Counted from the stretch's first letter, positions 16,121 through 28,134 are shown. The stretch: DNA of 64,000 nt from Porphyromonadaceae bacterium (GCA_007280905.1 QYQM01000022.1:2603-66602); one strand, 5' to 3'. Made by a program: numbers and translations. Notes: generated by a model from the sequence alone, not told the origin.

Positions 16121-18904
16121 ATGGAATATAACTTCAGGGAAATCGAACCCAGGTGGCAGGCTTACTGGAAATCGCGCGGGACTTTTGAAGTCACCGTTGA
16201 TCCCGCAAAACCAAAATTTTATGTGTTGGACATGTTCCCCTACCCTTCCGGTGCAGGCCTTCATGTCGGCCATCCTCTGGGCTACATCGCTTCTGATATC
16301 TATTCCTGGTATAAACGCCTGAATGGGTTTAATGTGCTCCATCCGATGGGATATGATGCATTCGGACTTCCGGCAGAGCAATATGCCATCCAAACCGGAC
16401 AGCATCCATCCATAACCACCGAAAACAATATCCGCCGTTACCGCGAACAGCTCGATAAAATCGGATTTTCCTTCGATTGGTCGCGCGAGGTAAGAACCTG
16501 TGATCCTGACTATTATCACTGGACCCAATGGGTGTTCATTCAACTCTTTAAACATTGGTACAATACGCAAACCGGTAAGGCTGAACCGATTGATTTGCTG
16601 ATCCGCCATTTTCAGGAGGCAGGTACATTGGGATTGAATGCGGCTTGCACCGAATTGCTCGATTTTACCGCTTCCGACTGGAACAACATGTTGCCGGAAA
16701 AGCAGCAGGAAGTGCTGCTGAATTACCGGCTGGCCTACCTGGCCGAAACCTTAGTCAACTGGTGCCCTGCATTGGGAACGGTTTTGGCCAATGATGAGGT
16801 AAACGAGGGTTTCTCGGTAAGGGGCGGGCACACGGTTGAACAAAAGAGAATGAAACAATGGCTGCTCAGGGTCTCAGCCTATTCCGAACGGCTGCTCAAA
16901 GGACTGGACCAAATCGATTGGACCGATTCCCTCAAGGAGATGCAGCGCAACTGGATAGGACGATCCGAAGGAGCCAACATGTTCTTCGCTGTGCCTTCAC
17001 ATAATATTACTATTGAAATTTTCACAACAAGGGCCGATACCATTTATGGCGCAACCTTTATGGTGCTGGCTCCTGAATCGGAACTGGTCGCAGTCCTCAC
17101 TCAACCCGATCACTTGCAGGATGTCCAAACCTACCTTCAGGAAACCCGAAAGCGCACTGAACGCGAAAGGATGACGGAAGTCAAAAAGGTTACCGGTGTT
17201 TTTACCGGCTCTTACGCTATTAACCCTTTCACAGGACTTGAAATGCCGATATGGGTAGCCGACTATGTTCTGGCCGGATACGGAACGGGTGCTATTATGG
17301 CCGTTCCAGCCCATGACAGCCGGGATTTCAAGTTCGCCCTGCGATTTAACCTGCCGATTACCCAGGTGGTTATGCAACCCGGACAAGTACCCACAGATCC
17401 CTATACCTGGAATGATTCATTCGATGCCAGGGAAGGTACCATGATGAATTCCGGTTTTCTGAATGGATTGTCAGTGCCCGAAGCAATTGCCCGCACCCAG
17501 GTAGAGGTTGAAGCCCGCGGGATCGGAACAGTCCAGGTAAACTATCGTTTGCATGATGCCATTTTTAGCAGGCAGCGTTATTGGGGCGAACCCTTCCCGG
17601 TATATTATAAAAATGGCTTACCTTATGTGATGAATGAATCGGAACTGCCGGTCAGACTGCCCGAGGTAGATGCTTTTCTTCCGACTGAAAAGGGTGAGCC
17701 CCCGCTGGGGCGAGCCGCTGGATGGGTCACAGCTGACGGTTACCCCATCGAGCTCAGTACCATGCCGGGATTTGCCGGATCATCTGCCTACTACCTCCGG
17801 TATATGGATCCGCTTAATAAAAAAGCCCTCGTTTCAAAAGAAGCCAACGAGTACTGGCAAAATGTCGATTTGTACGTGGGCGGTACCGAACATGCCACCG
17901 GGCACCTGATCTATTCGCGTTTCTGGAACAAATTTCTTTTTGATACCGGAACTGTTTGCAAGGATGAACCCTTCCGCAAACTGATCAATCAGGGCATGAT
18001 GCAGGGCCGGTCCAATTTCGCTTATCGCATCAAGGGCACCAATCAGTTTGTTTCACTCGGATTGAAAGATCTGTACGAAACTACTGCTATCCATGTGGAT
18101 GTCAACATGGTCAGTCATGATATCCTGGATACGGAAGCATTCCGGAACTGGAATCCCGAATACAAAAACGCGGAATTTATCCTCGAAAATGGCAAATATA
18201 TTTGCGGATGGGCCGTTGAGAAGATGTCGAAATCAATGTACAATGTGGTTAATCCGGATATAATAATAGAAAAATATGGGGCTGATACGCTGAGGCTTTA
18301 CGAGATGTTCCTGGGCCCGGTGGAGCAATCAAAGCCCTGGGATACCAACGGGATCGATGGTGTACATAAATTCTTCCGCAAACTTTGGAGGCTGTTCTAT
18401 CAGGATCCGCATGGCTGGATGGTGGTGGATGAAGTTCCCTCCATGGCTGAATTAAAAATTTTGCATCGCACCATCAAAAAAATCGAGGACGATATTGAGC
18501 GCTTTTCATTCAATACGGCGGTGAGCACATTCATGATCTGTGTAAATGAACTGACCGACCTGAATTGTCACATCAAGCAGATCCTTGAGCCGCTGCTCAT
18601 TCTGATTGCACCATTTGCCCCCCATTTTGCAGAAGAGTTGTGGAACAGGTTCGGCCATGAAGAAAGTATCTCAAAAGCCCGCTGGCCGATATTGGATAAA
18701 TCCTATCTGATAGAGGACACCATAGAATATCCTGTTTCCTTTAACGGGAAAATGCGTTTCAAGATTGAACTTCCGGCTGATATGGATGTCTTACATATTG
18801 AAAATGCAGTAATGGGCCACAAATTGACCGAAAAACATCTTCAGGGAGCCAAACCAAAAAAGATCGTTGTCGTACCTGGGCGGATTATTAATATCGTATT
18901 CTAA
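16121..18904 (+). CDS. leuS: leucine--tRNA ligase
   Basis: Class I motifs [13 protein letters not shown] and KMSKS, with full-length LeuRS architecture. ATG 16121 ([13 protein letters not shown]) is preferred over the tracked 15992. Confidence 0.93.
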   Translation: MEYNFREIEPRWQAYWKSRGTFEVTVDPAKPKFYVLDMFPYPSGAGLHVGHPLGYIASDIYSWYKRLNGFNVLHPMGYDAFGLPAEQYAIQTGQHPSITTENNIRRYREQLDKIGFSFDWSREVRTCDPDYYHWTQWVFIQLFKHWYNTQTGKAEPIDLLIRHFQEAGTLGLNAACTELLDFTASDWNNMLPEKQQEVLLNYRLAYLAETLVNWCPALGTVLANDEVNEGFSVRGGHTVEQKRMKQWLLRVSAYSERLLKGLDQIDWTDSLKEMQRNWIGRSEGANMFFAVPSHNITIEIFTTRADTIYGATFMVLAPESELVAVLTQPDHLQDVQTYLQETRKRTERERMTEVKKVTGVFTGSYAINPFTGLEMPIWVADYVLAGYGTGAIMAVPAHDSRDFKFALRFNLPITQVVMQPGQVPTDPYTWNDSFDAREGTMMNSGFLNGLSVPEAIARTQVEVEARGIGTVQVNYRLHDAIFSRQRYWGEPFPVYYKNGLPYVMNESELPVRLPEVDAFLPTEKGEPPLGRAAGWVTADGYPIELSTMPGFAGSSAYYLRYMDPLNKKALVSKEANEYWQNVDLYVGGTEHATGHLIYSRFWNKFLFDTGTVCKDEPFRKLINQGMMQGRSNFAYRIKGTNQFVSLGLKDLYETTAIHVDVNMVSHDILDTEAFRNWNPEYKNAEFILENGKYICGWAVEKMSKSMYNVVNPDIIIEKYGADTLRLYEMFLGPVEQSKPWDTNGIDGVHKFFRKLWRLFYQDPHGWMVVDEVPSMAELKILHRTIKKIEDDIERFSFNTAVSTFMICVNELTDLNCHIKQILEPLLILIAPFAPHFAEELWNRFGHEESISKARWPILDKSYLIEDTIEYPVSFNGKMRFKIELPADMDVLHIENAVMGHKLTEKHLQGAKPKKIVVVPGRIINIVF

Positions 18905-18917
18905 ATCCCTGATATTC

Positions 18918-20249
18918 ATGTCATCAAAAGATAAAGCAATCATTTTACTAAAAAGGGCGCTGGAAAATAAAAAACGGATCATCCTGATTGGTTCTGCCAG
19001 TATCGGCCTGATCATCCTCGGTTGGGTTGCCGGGCACCTCAACTGGGACATGATATTTAATAAGGAATCTGTTTCGGTTCCGGTTGTTGTTCAGCCGGTT
19101 GTGTATGACGGATTTGAAATGTCTGTGGACTCATTTGATATTGAGACCATCTCGATCCGGTCAAATCAGTTCTCCTCAGAGATCCTTTTGGAAAGAGGGG
19201 TCAGCATGGGTACGATTGACCGGCTGGCCAAAGAATTCATGTACATTTTCGATCTACGCAAAATGAAAGCCGGCAACCGTCTTAACTTTTATTATACGCC
19301 GGATACCCTTCATCAGCTTCAATATATGATTTATGAGAAAAATGCATCGGAATACGTTGTTTACAATTTCAGGGATTCTCTCCAGGTGAGTTTAAAAAGG
19401 AAAGAAATCAAAACAGAAATATGCTACATGGAGGCAGAAATAGGAAAAGGATCGTCAATTTGGCAAGCTGTAAAGGATCAGGGAGTGAACGATGAAATTG
19501 TAAGCGAGATTGTGAGTGTTTATCAGTGGATGATCGATGCGTACTCGATAAAACCCGGAGATCGCTTTGAGGTTATTTTTGAAAACCAAACAGTTAATAA
19601 TGTATCGATTGGTGCGGGCAAAGTGCTTGCTGCAAGGTTTATGTATAGCAAGAAATGGTTTGAGGCTTACAATTTCGAACAAAACGGGATATCAAGCTAC
19701 TTTAATCAAAAAGGAGAAAGCCTCAGGCGCGCATTTCTGAAAGCTCCGTTGGATCCAAGTTCCTTCCCGATCAGTTCGAGGTTTTCGAGCAGCCGTATGC
19801 ACCCGATATTGAGAATCCGGCGTCCTCATTACGGGGTGGATTATGCAGCACCATCGGGAACCGATGTTGTCAGTATCGGTGATGGAAAAGTGATTCAGAG
19901 AAGTTACAAAAGCGGCAGTGGCAACATGCTCAAGATAAAGCACAATGCCACCTTTACCACCGGATATATGCACCTGAAAGGATATGCAGCCGGAATCAAT
20001 GTAGGATCAGCGGTACGAATGGGCCAAGTCATAGGCCAGGTCGGGGCAACAGGTCTGGCTACCGGTCCCCACCTTGATTTTCGCATCTGGCAAAATGGAA
20101 AGCCGGTTGATCCGTTAAAGGTGGAATCGCCTCCGTCTGAACCGGTTAATCCGAAGCTACGGCCGGTATATGATTCGATTGTTAAGAGTTACAAGAATGA
20201 GTTTGTGCGTTATAAGAAGCTGGCTACAAGCTCTGTAGATAATTTTTAA
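18918..20249 (+). CDS. M23 family metallopeptidase with N-terminal membrane anchor
   Basis: Motifs HYGVDYAAP and GPHLDFRIW (M23 zinc ligands). ATG 18918 (MSSKDKAI...) followed by a TM helix. Confidence 0.8.
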   Translation: MSSKDKAIILLKRALENKKRIILIGSASIGLIILGWVAGHLNWDMIFNKESVSVPVVVQPVVYDGFEMSVDSFDIETISIRSNQFSSEILLERGVSMGTIDRLAKEFMYIFDLRKMKAGNRLNFYYTPDTLHQLQYMIYEKNASEYVVYNFRDSLQVSLKRKEIKTEICYMEAEIGKGSSIWQAVKDQGVNDEIVSEIVSVYQWMIDAYSIKPGDRFEVIFENQTVNNVSIGAGKVLAARFMYSKKWFEAYNFEQNGISSYFNQKGESLRRAFLKAPLDPSSFPISSRFSSSRMHPILRIRRPHYGVDYAAPSGTDVVSIGDGKVIQRSYKSGSGNMLKIKHNATFTTGYMHLKGYAAGINVGSAVRMGQVIGQVGATGLATGPHLDFRIWQNGKPVDPLKVESPPSEPVNPKLRPVYDSIVKSYKNEFVRYKKLATSSVDNF

Positions 20250-20793
20250 TAGTCTCAGGATAGTACCGGTGTTCCAATTGATGGATGCGGCTGGCCAGAT
20301 CTTCAGGGGTATCATTGGGAAGAACCGGGCATTCAGCCTGAAAGAGGATTTTGCCACGGTCATATTCTTCATCGATCAGATGTATGGTAATGCCTGATTT
20401 TTTGCGCCCTTCACGGATTACAGCCTCATGGACCCGCATACCATACATGCCCTTGCCACCGAAGTCGGGAAGCAAAGCAGGATGAATATTAATTATCCTC
20501 CGGGGAAAAGTTATCAACAGGTAATCAGGAACCAGCCATAAAAAGCCGGCAAGAACCAGGACATCTATTGCAGCTTCATTCAAAACATCAAGTACCTGGC
20601 GGGTATTATAAAAAGTATTCCGATTAAAAACCATTACCGGAACTGAAAGATTTTTAGCCCGTTCTAGTACATAGGCATCAGCCTTATTCGACAGAACGCA
20701 CTTAACGGAATGATTCGCATCCCTGGAAAAGTAGCGGATTATCTGTTCAGCGTTGGACCCGGACCCTGATGCAAAAATTGCTATATTACTCAT
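20224..20793 (-). CDS. purN: phosphoribosylglycinamide formyltransferase
   Basis: IAIFASGSGSN, INIHPALLPDFGG and GITIHLIDEEYDRG motifs. ATG 20793 is preferred over TTG 20820. The 3' end overlaps the convergent peptidase gene by 26 nt. Confidence 0.88.
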   Translation of the reverse strand: MSNIAIFASGSGSNAEQIIRYFSRDANHSVKCVLSNKADAYVLERAKNLSVPVMVFNRNTFYNTRQVLDVLNEAAIDVLVLAGFLWLVPDYLLITFPRRIINIHPALLPDFGGKGMYGMRVHEAVIREGRKKSGITIHLIDEEYDRGKILFQAECPVLPNDTPEDLASRIHQLEHRYYPETIKNYLQSL

Positions 20794-20994
20794 TGAATGA
20801 TCGTTACCGTAAATAACCAAAATGATCTCCGAATTTTCGACCCGCCTTTAAAATTGAAGAATTAACCAGAAATTTCCCCGATTAAAATAAAAAAACTCAT
20901 ATTTTTTGATAATCAGGATGAGAAGTGCTTTATTTGCATGGCAAAAATTATCAGGATTACTGCTTAATTTATTATTAATTAAAACTTTAAAGCT

Positions 20995-21234
20995 ATGTCA
21001 GACATTGAATCCAGAGTTAAAGCGATTATCGTAGACAAGCTGGGCGTTGACGAATCTGAAGTAACCCGCGAATCCAGCTTCACGAATGATCTCGGAGCTG
21101 ACTCACTGGATACGGTTGAGCTGATCATGGAATTTGAAAAGGAATTTAACCTTGCTATTCCGGATGATCAGGCAGAAACGATCGTAACGGTTGGTGATGC
21201 GGTGAAGTATGTTGAGGAAAACACAAAAGGGTAA
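20995..21234 (+). CDS. acpP: acyl carrier protein
   Basis: [16 protein letters not shown] phosphopantetheine attachment motif. Length is 79 aa. Confidence 0.95.
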   Translation: MSDIESRVKAIIVDKLGVDESEVTRESSFTNDLGADSLDTVELIMEFEKEFNLAIPDDQAETIVTVGDAVKYVEENTKG

Positions 21235-21260
21235 CTTAACCATAAATTTGGGTTAGGAAT

Positions 21261-22514
21261 ATGGCATTAAAACGGGTAGTGGTAACAGGTCTCGGTGCAT
21301 TAACGCCGATCGGTAATACAGTAAAGGAGTTCCGCGAATCATTATTTAATGGTGTTAGCGGGGCTGTTCCGATTACCCGTTTTGATACTTCCCTGCACAA
21401 AACGAAGTTTGCCTGCGAATTGAGGAATTATGATCCAGGCAATTTTTTCGATCGCAAAGAAGCCCGAAAACTGGATCTCTATTGTCAGTACGCGATTATC
21501 AGTGCAAATGAAGCGATCAAGGATTCCGGCCTCAACCTTGAAAAAACCGACAAGGACCGGGTTGGTGTGATTATGTCATCCGGCATTGGTGGCATGGGTA
21601 CTTTTGAAGATGAAATATCCGCCTTTGCCCGGGGTGATGGCACTCCCAGGTTCAATCCGTTTTTTGTACCCAAGATGATTTCAGATATCGCATCTGGGCA
21701 AATCTCAATTAAGTACGGTTTCCGCGGTCCCAACTATTGCACCGTGGCAGCATGCGCCTCATCGACCGTCTCTTTGATCAATTCATTTGACCATATCCGC
21801 CTCGGACGGGCCGAAGTTATGGTTGTAGGTGGTTCCGAAGCACCGATAACACCCGCAGGATTGGGTGGTTTTAATTCGCTGCACGCCTTGTCAACCCGGA
21901 ATGATGATCCTAAAACGGCTTCACGGCCATTTGATCTCGATCGTGACGGATTTGTCATGGCAGAAGGCGGAGGTGCTCTGATTCTTGAAGAATATGAACA
22001 TGCCATAAAACGCAGCGCCAGAATCTATTGTGAACTCGTTGGAGGAGGCTTATCTGCTGATGCCTACCACCTGACGGCACCGCATCCCGAGGGTTCGGGT
22101 GCTGCATTGGTCATGATCAATTCATTGAAAGATGCAGACTTAAAACCGGAAGCTATCGACTACATCAATGTTCACGGTACTTCTACACCGCTTGGTGATG
22201 TGGCCGAACCAATGGCTGTTCTTTCTGTTTTCAAAGAACATGCCTATAAACTCAGTATTAGTGCTACCAAATCCATGCATGGCCATCTGTTAGGTGCCGC
22301 TGGAGCTATTGAAGCCATTGCTTGTATTTGTGCCATTCTGGATAGCAAAATTCCGCCAACAATCAATCATTTTACCGATGATCCACAGATTGACAGTAAG
22401 CTGGATTTTACTTTCAATAAAGCCAAAGAACGTGAAGTCAGGTATGCGCTAAGCAATACATTCGGATTCGGCGGTCATAACGCCACAGTCATATTTAAAA
22501 AAATGGATGCCTGA
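21261..22514 (+). CDS. fabF: beta-ketoacyl-ACP synthase II
   Basis: Active-site AACASS Cys, and HGTSTP / HGHLLGAAG His motifs. Length is 417 aa. Confidence 0.93.
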   Translation: MALKRVVVTGLGALTPIGNTVKEFRESLFNGVSGAVPITRFDTSLHKTKFACELRNYDPGNFFDRKEARKLDLYCQYAIISANEAIKDSGLNLEKTDKDRVGVIMSSGIGGMGTFEDEISAFARGDGTPRFNPFFVPKMISDIASGQISIKYGFRGPNYCTVAACASSTVSLINSFDHIRLGRAEVMVVGGSEAPITPAGLGGFNSLHALSTRNDDPKTASRPFDLDRDGFVMAEGGGALILEEYEHAIKRSARIYCELVGGGLSADAYHLTAPHPEGSGAALVMINSLKDADLKPEAIDYINVHGTSTPLGDVAEPMAVLSVFKEHAYKLSISATKSMHGHLLGAAGAIEAIACICAILDSKIPPTINHFTDDPQIDSKLDFTFNKAKEREVRYALSNTFGFGGHNATVIFKKMDA

Positions 22515-22517
22515 CCG

Positions 22518-23207
22518 GTGAAGGGCTCTCCAAAAAAGATTTTTTATTCTCATCTGATCCGTATTTTGGGCTTTTTACCCGGAAAAATCGGACTGTATGA
22601 ACTTGCTTTCATACACAAATCAGCATCTCTTTCCGACTCCAAGGGCAATCCACTTAATTACGAACGTCTTGAATATCTTGGTGATGCCGTCCTGGGAGTG
22701 ATCATTGCCGAATTCTTATACCGTCAGTTTCCCGACCGAAATGAGGGATTTCTTACGAAAATGCGATCGAAAATTGTTAACGGCGACAACCTTTCAATGC
22801 TGACACAGCAAATGGGCTTAACCCAATTATTGGACAATCGCATTCAGCATGAACAGGCCAATCGCCATATACTCGGCGATGCCTTTGAAGCCCTGATCGG
22901 CGCAATTTACCTGGATAAAGGCTACAGGAGAACCAGGAGATTTGTCATTCGCAGGGTCATCCGGAAACACGTCGACCTGATTGAACTCGAGCGGAACGAA
23001 ACCAATTTTAAAAGCCAGTTAATTGAATGGGCGCAAAAGAACAAGAAGGAGGTCACTTTCTATACGGACATCGAACCCTATGATCCTACACACTTTATAT
23101 CGTTTGTCAGTATTGGTGATACCCTGTTTGGCAGTGGTACCGGAGTTTCCAAGAAGGAGGCCGAACAGAATGCAGCCCTGGAAACCCTGAAAGAACTGAA
23201 TGAATAA
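22518..23207 (+). CDS. rnc: ribonuclease III
   Basis: RNase III signature ERLEYLGDAVLG, plus a C-terminal dsRBD (GSGTGVSKKEAEQNAA). GTG start. Confidence 0.9.
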   Translation: MKGSPKKIFYSHLIRILGFLPGKIGLYELAFIHKSASLSDSKGNPLNYERLEYLGDAVLGVIIAEFLYRQFPDRNEGFLTKMRSKIVNGDNLSMLTQQMGLTQLLDNRIQHEQANRHILGDAFEALIGAIYLDKGYRRTRRFVIRRVIRKHVDLIELERNETNFKSQLIEWAQKNKKEVTFYTDIEPYDPTHFISFVSIGDTLFGSGTGVSKKEAEQNAALETLKELNE

Positions 23208-23209
23208 AA

Positions 23210-23626
23210 ATGAATAAAATCAGGAGATTTGCCCTGTCGCTCAATACCAGTTCACCGGTCTATGGTCTTGGACTCCTGACCGATGAGCCGGATTACCGGT
23301 TATGCTGGTTGCTCAATCAGAACTATTCCTGGGATTTGGTTAGATCAGACGATATTCTAATCACGGATAAAAATAGCTCTATTCCCCAATCATACGCCTG
23401 TTTCGAAAGCAATGCCAACCATCAGCCTGCTATAAAGCTCATCGGTAACCGATCGAAAGAAGGGCTGTGGCTGACGGTTTTTCAGCAGGTCGATTTTTTG
23501 CTGGTTGTTTCCGTTCAGGATCCGGCAGGACAGTATCTCGATGAACTTAAAAGCACAATAGGCACAAAGATCCCGCAGATCAGGGGGTTATTCAAAGTAC
23601 CGTTACCATCCTTTTGCTATCTTTGA
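23210..23626 (+). CDS. conserved hypothetical protein (I recall a small Bacteroidota family in this position after rnc, possibly 'IPExxxVDY'; unverified)
   Basis: 138-aa ORF tightly packed between rnc and the kinase gene. It carries the motif TDEPDYRLCWLLN. Confidence 0.5.
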   Translation: MNKIRRFALSLNTSSPVYGLGLLTDEPDYRLCWLLNQNYSWDLVRSDDILITDKNSSIPQSYACFESNANHQPAIKLIGNRSKEGLWLTVFQQVDFLLVVSVQDPAGQYLDELKSTIGTKIPQIRGLFKVPLPSFCYL

Positions 23627-23630
23627 TGGT

Positions 23631-25217
23631 ATGAGGAGAACCTTTATCTGGATTTTATCGATCGTCAGTTCCGCTGCGGTTATAGCCCTCATATTCATTC
23701 AGCTCATGTGGGTCCAGGATGCGTTTGAAGTTCAGAAACAACAATTTAACTTATTGATTAACAAAAGTCTGGCTCAGGTTACTTCAAAACTGGAACTCAA
23801 AGAGACGTATACCCAGATTCAGGGTGAATTAGTTCGATCGGGCGATAGCCTCGGGTTAAGCAGATTGAATCTTTCCAAATCCCTCACAACCACCGAAGAC
23901 AATCAGTCTTATGATTCTCCGGAAATCAACCAGAGCTACTATTTCTTTCAGGACCAGAATCCGGGCAATGTAGAAACTCAGGTGGATCTTATTTCAGGGG
24001 ATACGGCAATAATTGTTTCGGGAAATTCTCTCTATCAGAACGATTCTTTGGGAATACCGGACCGGCCCCAAAAACTTCGAAGCGAACCCGATCAAACCTT
24101 CAACTTACTGATGACCAATAAGAAAGTATATATTGAAAAGGTCATTAACCAAATTTTGCAAAACGAAGGACGTATCGAGGAGCGGTTAAGTTATTCCACA
24201 CTGGATAGCCTGATACGTGAGGAATTCGACGAAAAAGGAATAGCATTGCCCTTTGAATTTGCCGTTCGGACCGGAAATGTGAGGTACACCCTTCGCAGTG
24301 CCGGTTTCAACCCGATGGTTAAGTTCCAGAAATACCGATACTTACTGTTTCCGCATGATGTTAGGACTTCTCCGAATTTTCTCGTAGTTTATTTCCCGAC
24401 CCGTGAGAATTACCTGTTCCGGTCGGTAGGTACCATGGCAGGAGCTTCATTGACACTTGCCCTCATCATCCTGATTATATCGTTGGTTGCCATTTATGTT
24501 ATTTTCAGGCAGAAAAGGCTATCTGAGATCAAAAACGATTTTGTCAATAACATGACCCATGAACTAAAAACACCGATTTCCACCATATCACTGGCTTCAC
24601 AAATGCTTGCGGATAAAAGCCTGAGCAATGATTCAAAAAACCTGGAGCATATATCCTCGCTCATTCAGCAGGAGAGTAAACGGCTTGGAAATCAGGTTGA
24701 AAGAGTACTTCAGATGTCGATATTGGAAGAAGGTAAAATGAGCTTGAGAATCCAGCCAGTCTATTTTGATAATCTCGTCCGGCAGGCTTTTGAGAAAATC
24801 TCCCTGCAGATCCAGAAAAGAAACGGTTCCATTGAACTCGACCTCAATAGTGGAGAAGATCCCATTGATGGCGACGAAACACATCTGACTAATGTGGTAT
24901 TCAACCTGATTGACAATGCCATGAAATACTGCCAGAACGATCCTGTAATCAGGATTTTAACCCATTCCACTTCCCGGTCGATCCAGGTAAGGATCAGCGA
25001 CAATGGCATTGGTATCGGCAAGGAATATCTCAATAAGATTTTCGATAAATTCTTTAGGGTACCTACTGGTAACGTTCATGACGTTAAGGGTTTCGGACTC
25101 GGATTAAGTTACGTGAAAAAAGTTGTCGAGCAACATCACGGAACAATCTCTGTATGCAGCGAACCCAATGCAGGCACCACCTTTACGTTGATTATTCCTA
25201 AAAAATATAAGTCATGA
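23631..25217 (+). CDS. sensor histidine kinase (two TM segments, HisKA + HATPase_c)
   Basis: H-box NMTHELKTPIS, N-box NLIDNAMKY, and G-boxes DNGIGIG and GFGLGLSYV. Confidence 0.88.
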   Translation: MRRTFIWILSIVSSAAVIALIFIQLMWVQDAFEVQKQQFNLLINKSLAQVTSKLELKETYTQIQGELVRSGDSLGLSRLNLSKSLTTTEDNQSYDSPEINQSYYFFQDQNPGNVETQVDLISGDTAIIVSGNSLYQNDSLGIPDRPQKLRSEPDQTFNLLMTNKKVYIEKVINQILQNEGRIEERLSYSTLDSLIREEFDEKGIALPFEFAVRTGNVRYTLRSAGFNPMVKFQKYRYLLFPHDVRTSPNFLVVYFPTRENYLFRSVGTMAGASLTLALIILIISLVAIYVIFRQKRLSEIKNDFVNNMTHELKTPISTISLASQMLADKSLSNDSKNLEHISSLIQQESKRLGNQVERVLQMSILEEGKMSLRIQPVYFDNLVRQAFEKISLQIQKRNGSIELDLNSGEDPIDGDETHLTNVVFNLIDNAMKYCQNDPVIRILTHSTSRSIQVRISDNGIGIGKEYLNKIFDKFFRVPTGNVHDVKGFGLGLSYVKKVVEQHHGTISVCSEPNAGTTFTLIIPKKYKS

Positions 25218-25906
25218 TGACAAGCAACGGAAGAATTCTTCTGGTCGAGGATGATGTTAACCTCGGCAGCCTCTTGCGGGAATATCTAAAAGCCAAGGGG
25301 TTTATAACCGACCTGGAAACAGATGGAGAAAAAGGTTTCCGGGCATTTAAAAAAGACCATTTCGACCTTTGTATCCTGGATATCATGCTTCCCGTTAAAG
25401 ACGGTTTTACCCTGGCCAGGGATATCCGTATTCAAAATCCCGAAATTCCGATCATCTTTCTGACTGCAAAATCTATGAAAACGGATATATTGGAAGGATT
25501 CCGCGCAGGGGCAGATGATTACATGACCAAACCATTCAGCATGGAAGAGCTCCTGCTGCGCATTGAAGCCGTTTTACGCCGCACAACGCGTGCGGAACAG
25601 CACACAATATTCACTTTGGGTAAGTATGTTTTTGATGCCAATAAGCAACTCCTGACCAGTGAAGATAAAACCATAAATCTGACGACCAAAGAATCGGATC
25701 TGCTTAAGATGCTCTGTCAACATCCAAATCAGGTACTGGAACGTAATTATGCTTTAAAAGCGATCTGGAAAGACGATAATTACTTTAACGCCAGGAGCAT
25801 GGATGTTTATATTACCAAGATCAGGAAACATTTGAGTGATGAACCGGTAATCCAAATCCTTAATGTTCACGGAAAAGGATACAAACTGCTGAGGGAATTC
25901 CTCTAA
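25214..25906 (+). CDS. OmpR/PhoB-family response regulator
   Basis: Receiver domain ([21 protein letters not shown]) plus a winged-helix output domain. It overlaps the kinase gene by 4 nt. Confidence 0.9.
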   Translation: MMTSNGRILLVEDDVNLGSLLREYLKAKGFITDLETDGEKGFRAFKKDHFDLCILDIMLPVKDGFTLARDIRIQNPEIPIIFLTAKSMKTDILEGFRAGADDYMTKPFSMEELLLRIEAVLRRTTRAEQHTIFTLGKYVFDANKQLLTSEDKTINLTTKESDLLKMLCQHPNQVLERNYALKAIWKDDNYFNARSMDVYITKIRKHLSDEPVIQILNVHGKGYKLLREFL

Positions 25907-27690
25907 TCAAGCTTCAGTACGGCAAGGAATGCGGATTGGGGCACCTCCACATTACCGATCTGTTTCATTTTTTTCTTTCCTTTTTTCTGCTTCTCAAGGA
26001 GTTTGCGTTTCCTCGTGATATCCCCGCCATAGCATTTAGCTGTCACATCCTTACGGAAGGCCTTAATCGTTTCGCGAGCGATAATCTTGGCACCTATAGC
26101 TGCCTGAATTGCAATATCAAATTGCTGTCTTGGGATCAGTTCACGAAGCTTCTCGCACATGCGGCGGCCAAACCGGTAGGCGTTTTCAAAGTGGATGAGG
26201 GTCGACAAGGCATCCACTGATTCACCGTTGAGCATAATATCGAGCTTAACCAGTTTGCCTGGTTTAAATCCGGTTTGAAAATAATCGAAAGAGGCGTATC
26301 CGCGGGATATTGATTTCAGTTTATCATAAAAGTCGAAAACTATTTCGGCAAGTGGCAGTTCAAATGAAAGTTCCACACGGTCCTGGGTTAAATATACCTG
26401 CGACTTTAGCTCGCCTCTTTTATCGAGGCACAATTTCATAATAGCACCTATGAATTCGGGCATTGTAATAATCTGAGCCTGAATATAGGGTTCCTCAATA
26501 CGGTCAATTTCAGTGGGATCAGGCAGTCCGGAAGGATTATACACATCAATTCTTTCACCTTTCCGTCCGTATACATGATAGAAAACGTTGGGCACCGTTG
26601 AGATCACGCACATATCGAATTCACGGTCGAGCCGTTCCTGAACGATTTCCATGTGAAGGAGTCCAAGGAATCCGCAACGGAAACCGAAACCAAGTGCAGC
26701 AGATGACTCCGGCTCATAGGTGAGGGAAGCATCATTCAGCACCAGTTTTTCGAGGGCGTCCCTCAGATCCTCGTAGTCATCGGTATCGATCGGGTACAAT
26801 CCTGCGAAGACCATCGGTTTAACCAGCTCAAACCCCGATATAGCCTCGGTACAGGGGCGGTCGACATGGGTAATGGTATCACCCACCTTTACCTCTTTCG
26901 AAACTTTTATTCCGGAGATAATGTATCCGACATTGCCGGTGCTGAGTGTTTCCTTCGGATACAGTTCCAAACCCAGAACACCAATCTCATCGGCTTCATA
27001 TTCTTTGCCAGTATTAAAAAACTTTACATGATCGCCTCTATGGATTTCTCCGTTCATAATTTTAAAATAGGCAAGAACTCCTCGATATGAATTATAAAGC
27101 GAATCAAATATGAGTGCCTGAAGAGGGGCTTCAGGATCACCCGATGGCGCCGGAATTTTTTCAACGATTCGTTCCAGAATCTGATCCACTCCAAAACCGG
27201 TTTTCCCGCTTGCCTGAATAATATCCTCCCTTTTACATCCAACCAGTTCGATAATCTGTTCAGTAACCTCATCGGGCATAGCTGCCGGCAGGTCCATTTT
27301 ATTTAAAACCGGAATAATCGCCAGATTATGGTCCATTGCCTGGTACAGAACAGAAATCGACTGGGCCTGAATTCCTTGTGTTGCATCAACCACCAGCAAA
27401 GCCCCTTCACAAGCTGCAATGGCCCTTGATACCTCGTATGAAAAGTCAACGTGCCCGGGGGTGTCAATCAGGTTCAGAATATAATCCTCACCGTCTTGCC
27501 GGTAATTCATCTGGATCGCATGGCTTTTTATTGTGATTCCTCTTTCGCGTTCCAGATCCATATTGTCAAGCACCTGCTCTTGCATATCTTTGCCGGTAAC
27601 CGTTTTCGTGACTTCAAGCAAACGGTCGGCCAGGGTGCTTTTCCCATGGTCAATATGGGCAATGATACAAAAATTCCGAAGGTTCTTCAT
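25903..27690 (-). CDS. lepA: translation elongation factor 4
   Basis: GTPase motifs [18 protein letters not shown] and NKMD, plus the LepA C-terminal domain. Length is 595 aa. Confidence 0.95.
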   Translation of the reverse strand: MKNLRNFCIIAHIDHGKSTLADRLLEVTKTVTGKDMQEQVLDNMDLERERGITIKSHAIQMNYRQDGEDYILNLIDTPGHVDFSYEVSRAIAACEGALLVVDATQGIQAQSISVLYQAMDHNLAIIPVLNKMDLPAAMPDEVTEQIIELVGCKREDIIQASGKTGFGVDQILERIVEKIPAPSGDPEAPLQALIFDSLYNSYRGVLAYFKIMNGEIHRGDHVKFFNTGKEYEADEIGVLGLELYPKETLSTGNVGYIISGIKVSKEVKVGDTITHVDRPCTEAISGFELVKPMVFAGLYPIDTDDYEDLRDALEKLVLNDASLTYEPESSAALGFGFRCGFLGLLHMEIVQERLDREFDMCVISTVPNVFYHVYGRKGERIDVYNPSGLPDPTEIDRIEEPYIQAQIITMPEFIGAIMKLCLDKRGELKSQVYLTQDRVELSFELPLAEIVFDFYDKLKSISRGYASFDYFQTGFKPGKLVKLDIMLNGESVDALSTLIHFENAYRFGRRMCEKLRELIPRQQFDIAIQAAIGAKIIARETIKAFRKDVTAKCYGGDITRKRKLLEKQKKGKKKMKQIGNVEVPQSAFLAVLKLD

Positions 27691-27696
27691 GCGTCT

Positions 27697-28125
27697 CTAC
27701 AGGTGCTTCACCGCGATCCCGGAGATTTCGATTTCGGCATCCATTGGAAGGCGGCCAATTTGTATGGCTGCACGTGCAGGGTATTTCTGATTCTTGAAGA
27801 ATGGTGCATAGGCTTCGTTAATAGCCTTATAATTATCCATATTGGTCATATAGATATTGACCATTACCAGGTCTTCAAAGTCCAAACTATTCTGCTTGAG
27901 TAACACTCCGATATTCTTCATGCACTGTTCGGTAGCCTTTTTAATATCGCCCTTGATCAGTTCCCCGGTTTCAGGAACACGGGGAATCTGGCCCGAAAGG
28001 TATAATGTTCCGTTGGCCATAACTGCCGGAGTATAAGGTGCAATCGGTTTAGGGGTAACATCCTGAGCCACTGACGTGGAAATTCCAAAAAACAAATAAC
28101 AAATAACCAAAAGGAGTGATTTCAT
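27697..28125 (-). CDS. RidA/YjgF family protein with N-terminal signal peptide
   Basis: MKSLLLVICYLFFGISTSVAQ leader, followed by a RidA core (APYTPAVMANGTLYLSGQIP ... PARAAIQ). Confidence 0.8.
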   Translation of the reverse strand: MKSLLLVICYLFFGISTSVAQDVTPKPIAPYTPAVMANGTLYLSGQIPRVPETGELIKGDIKKATEQCMKNIGVLLKQNSLDFEDLVMVNIYMTNMDNYKAINEAYAPFFKNQKYPARAAIQIGRLPMDAEIEISGIAVKHL

Positions 28126-28134
28126 GGTTTTGGT

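Noticed and set aside
25903-25906. Convergent gene pairs whose 3' ends overlap: response regulator/lepA by 4 nt, M23 peptidase/purN by 26 nt (20224-20249), kdsB/GSCFA by 15 nt (35344-35358), and thiL/lpxA by 6 nt (44106-44111)
   Set aside because: The overlaps are real, but they are a generic feature of compact genomes. No terminator or antisense-regulation evidence can be drawn from sequence alone.
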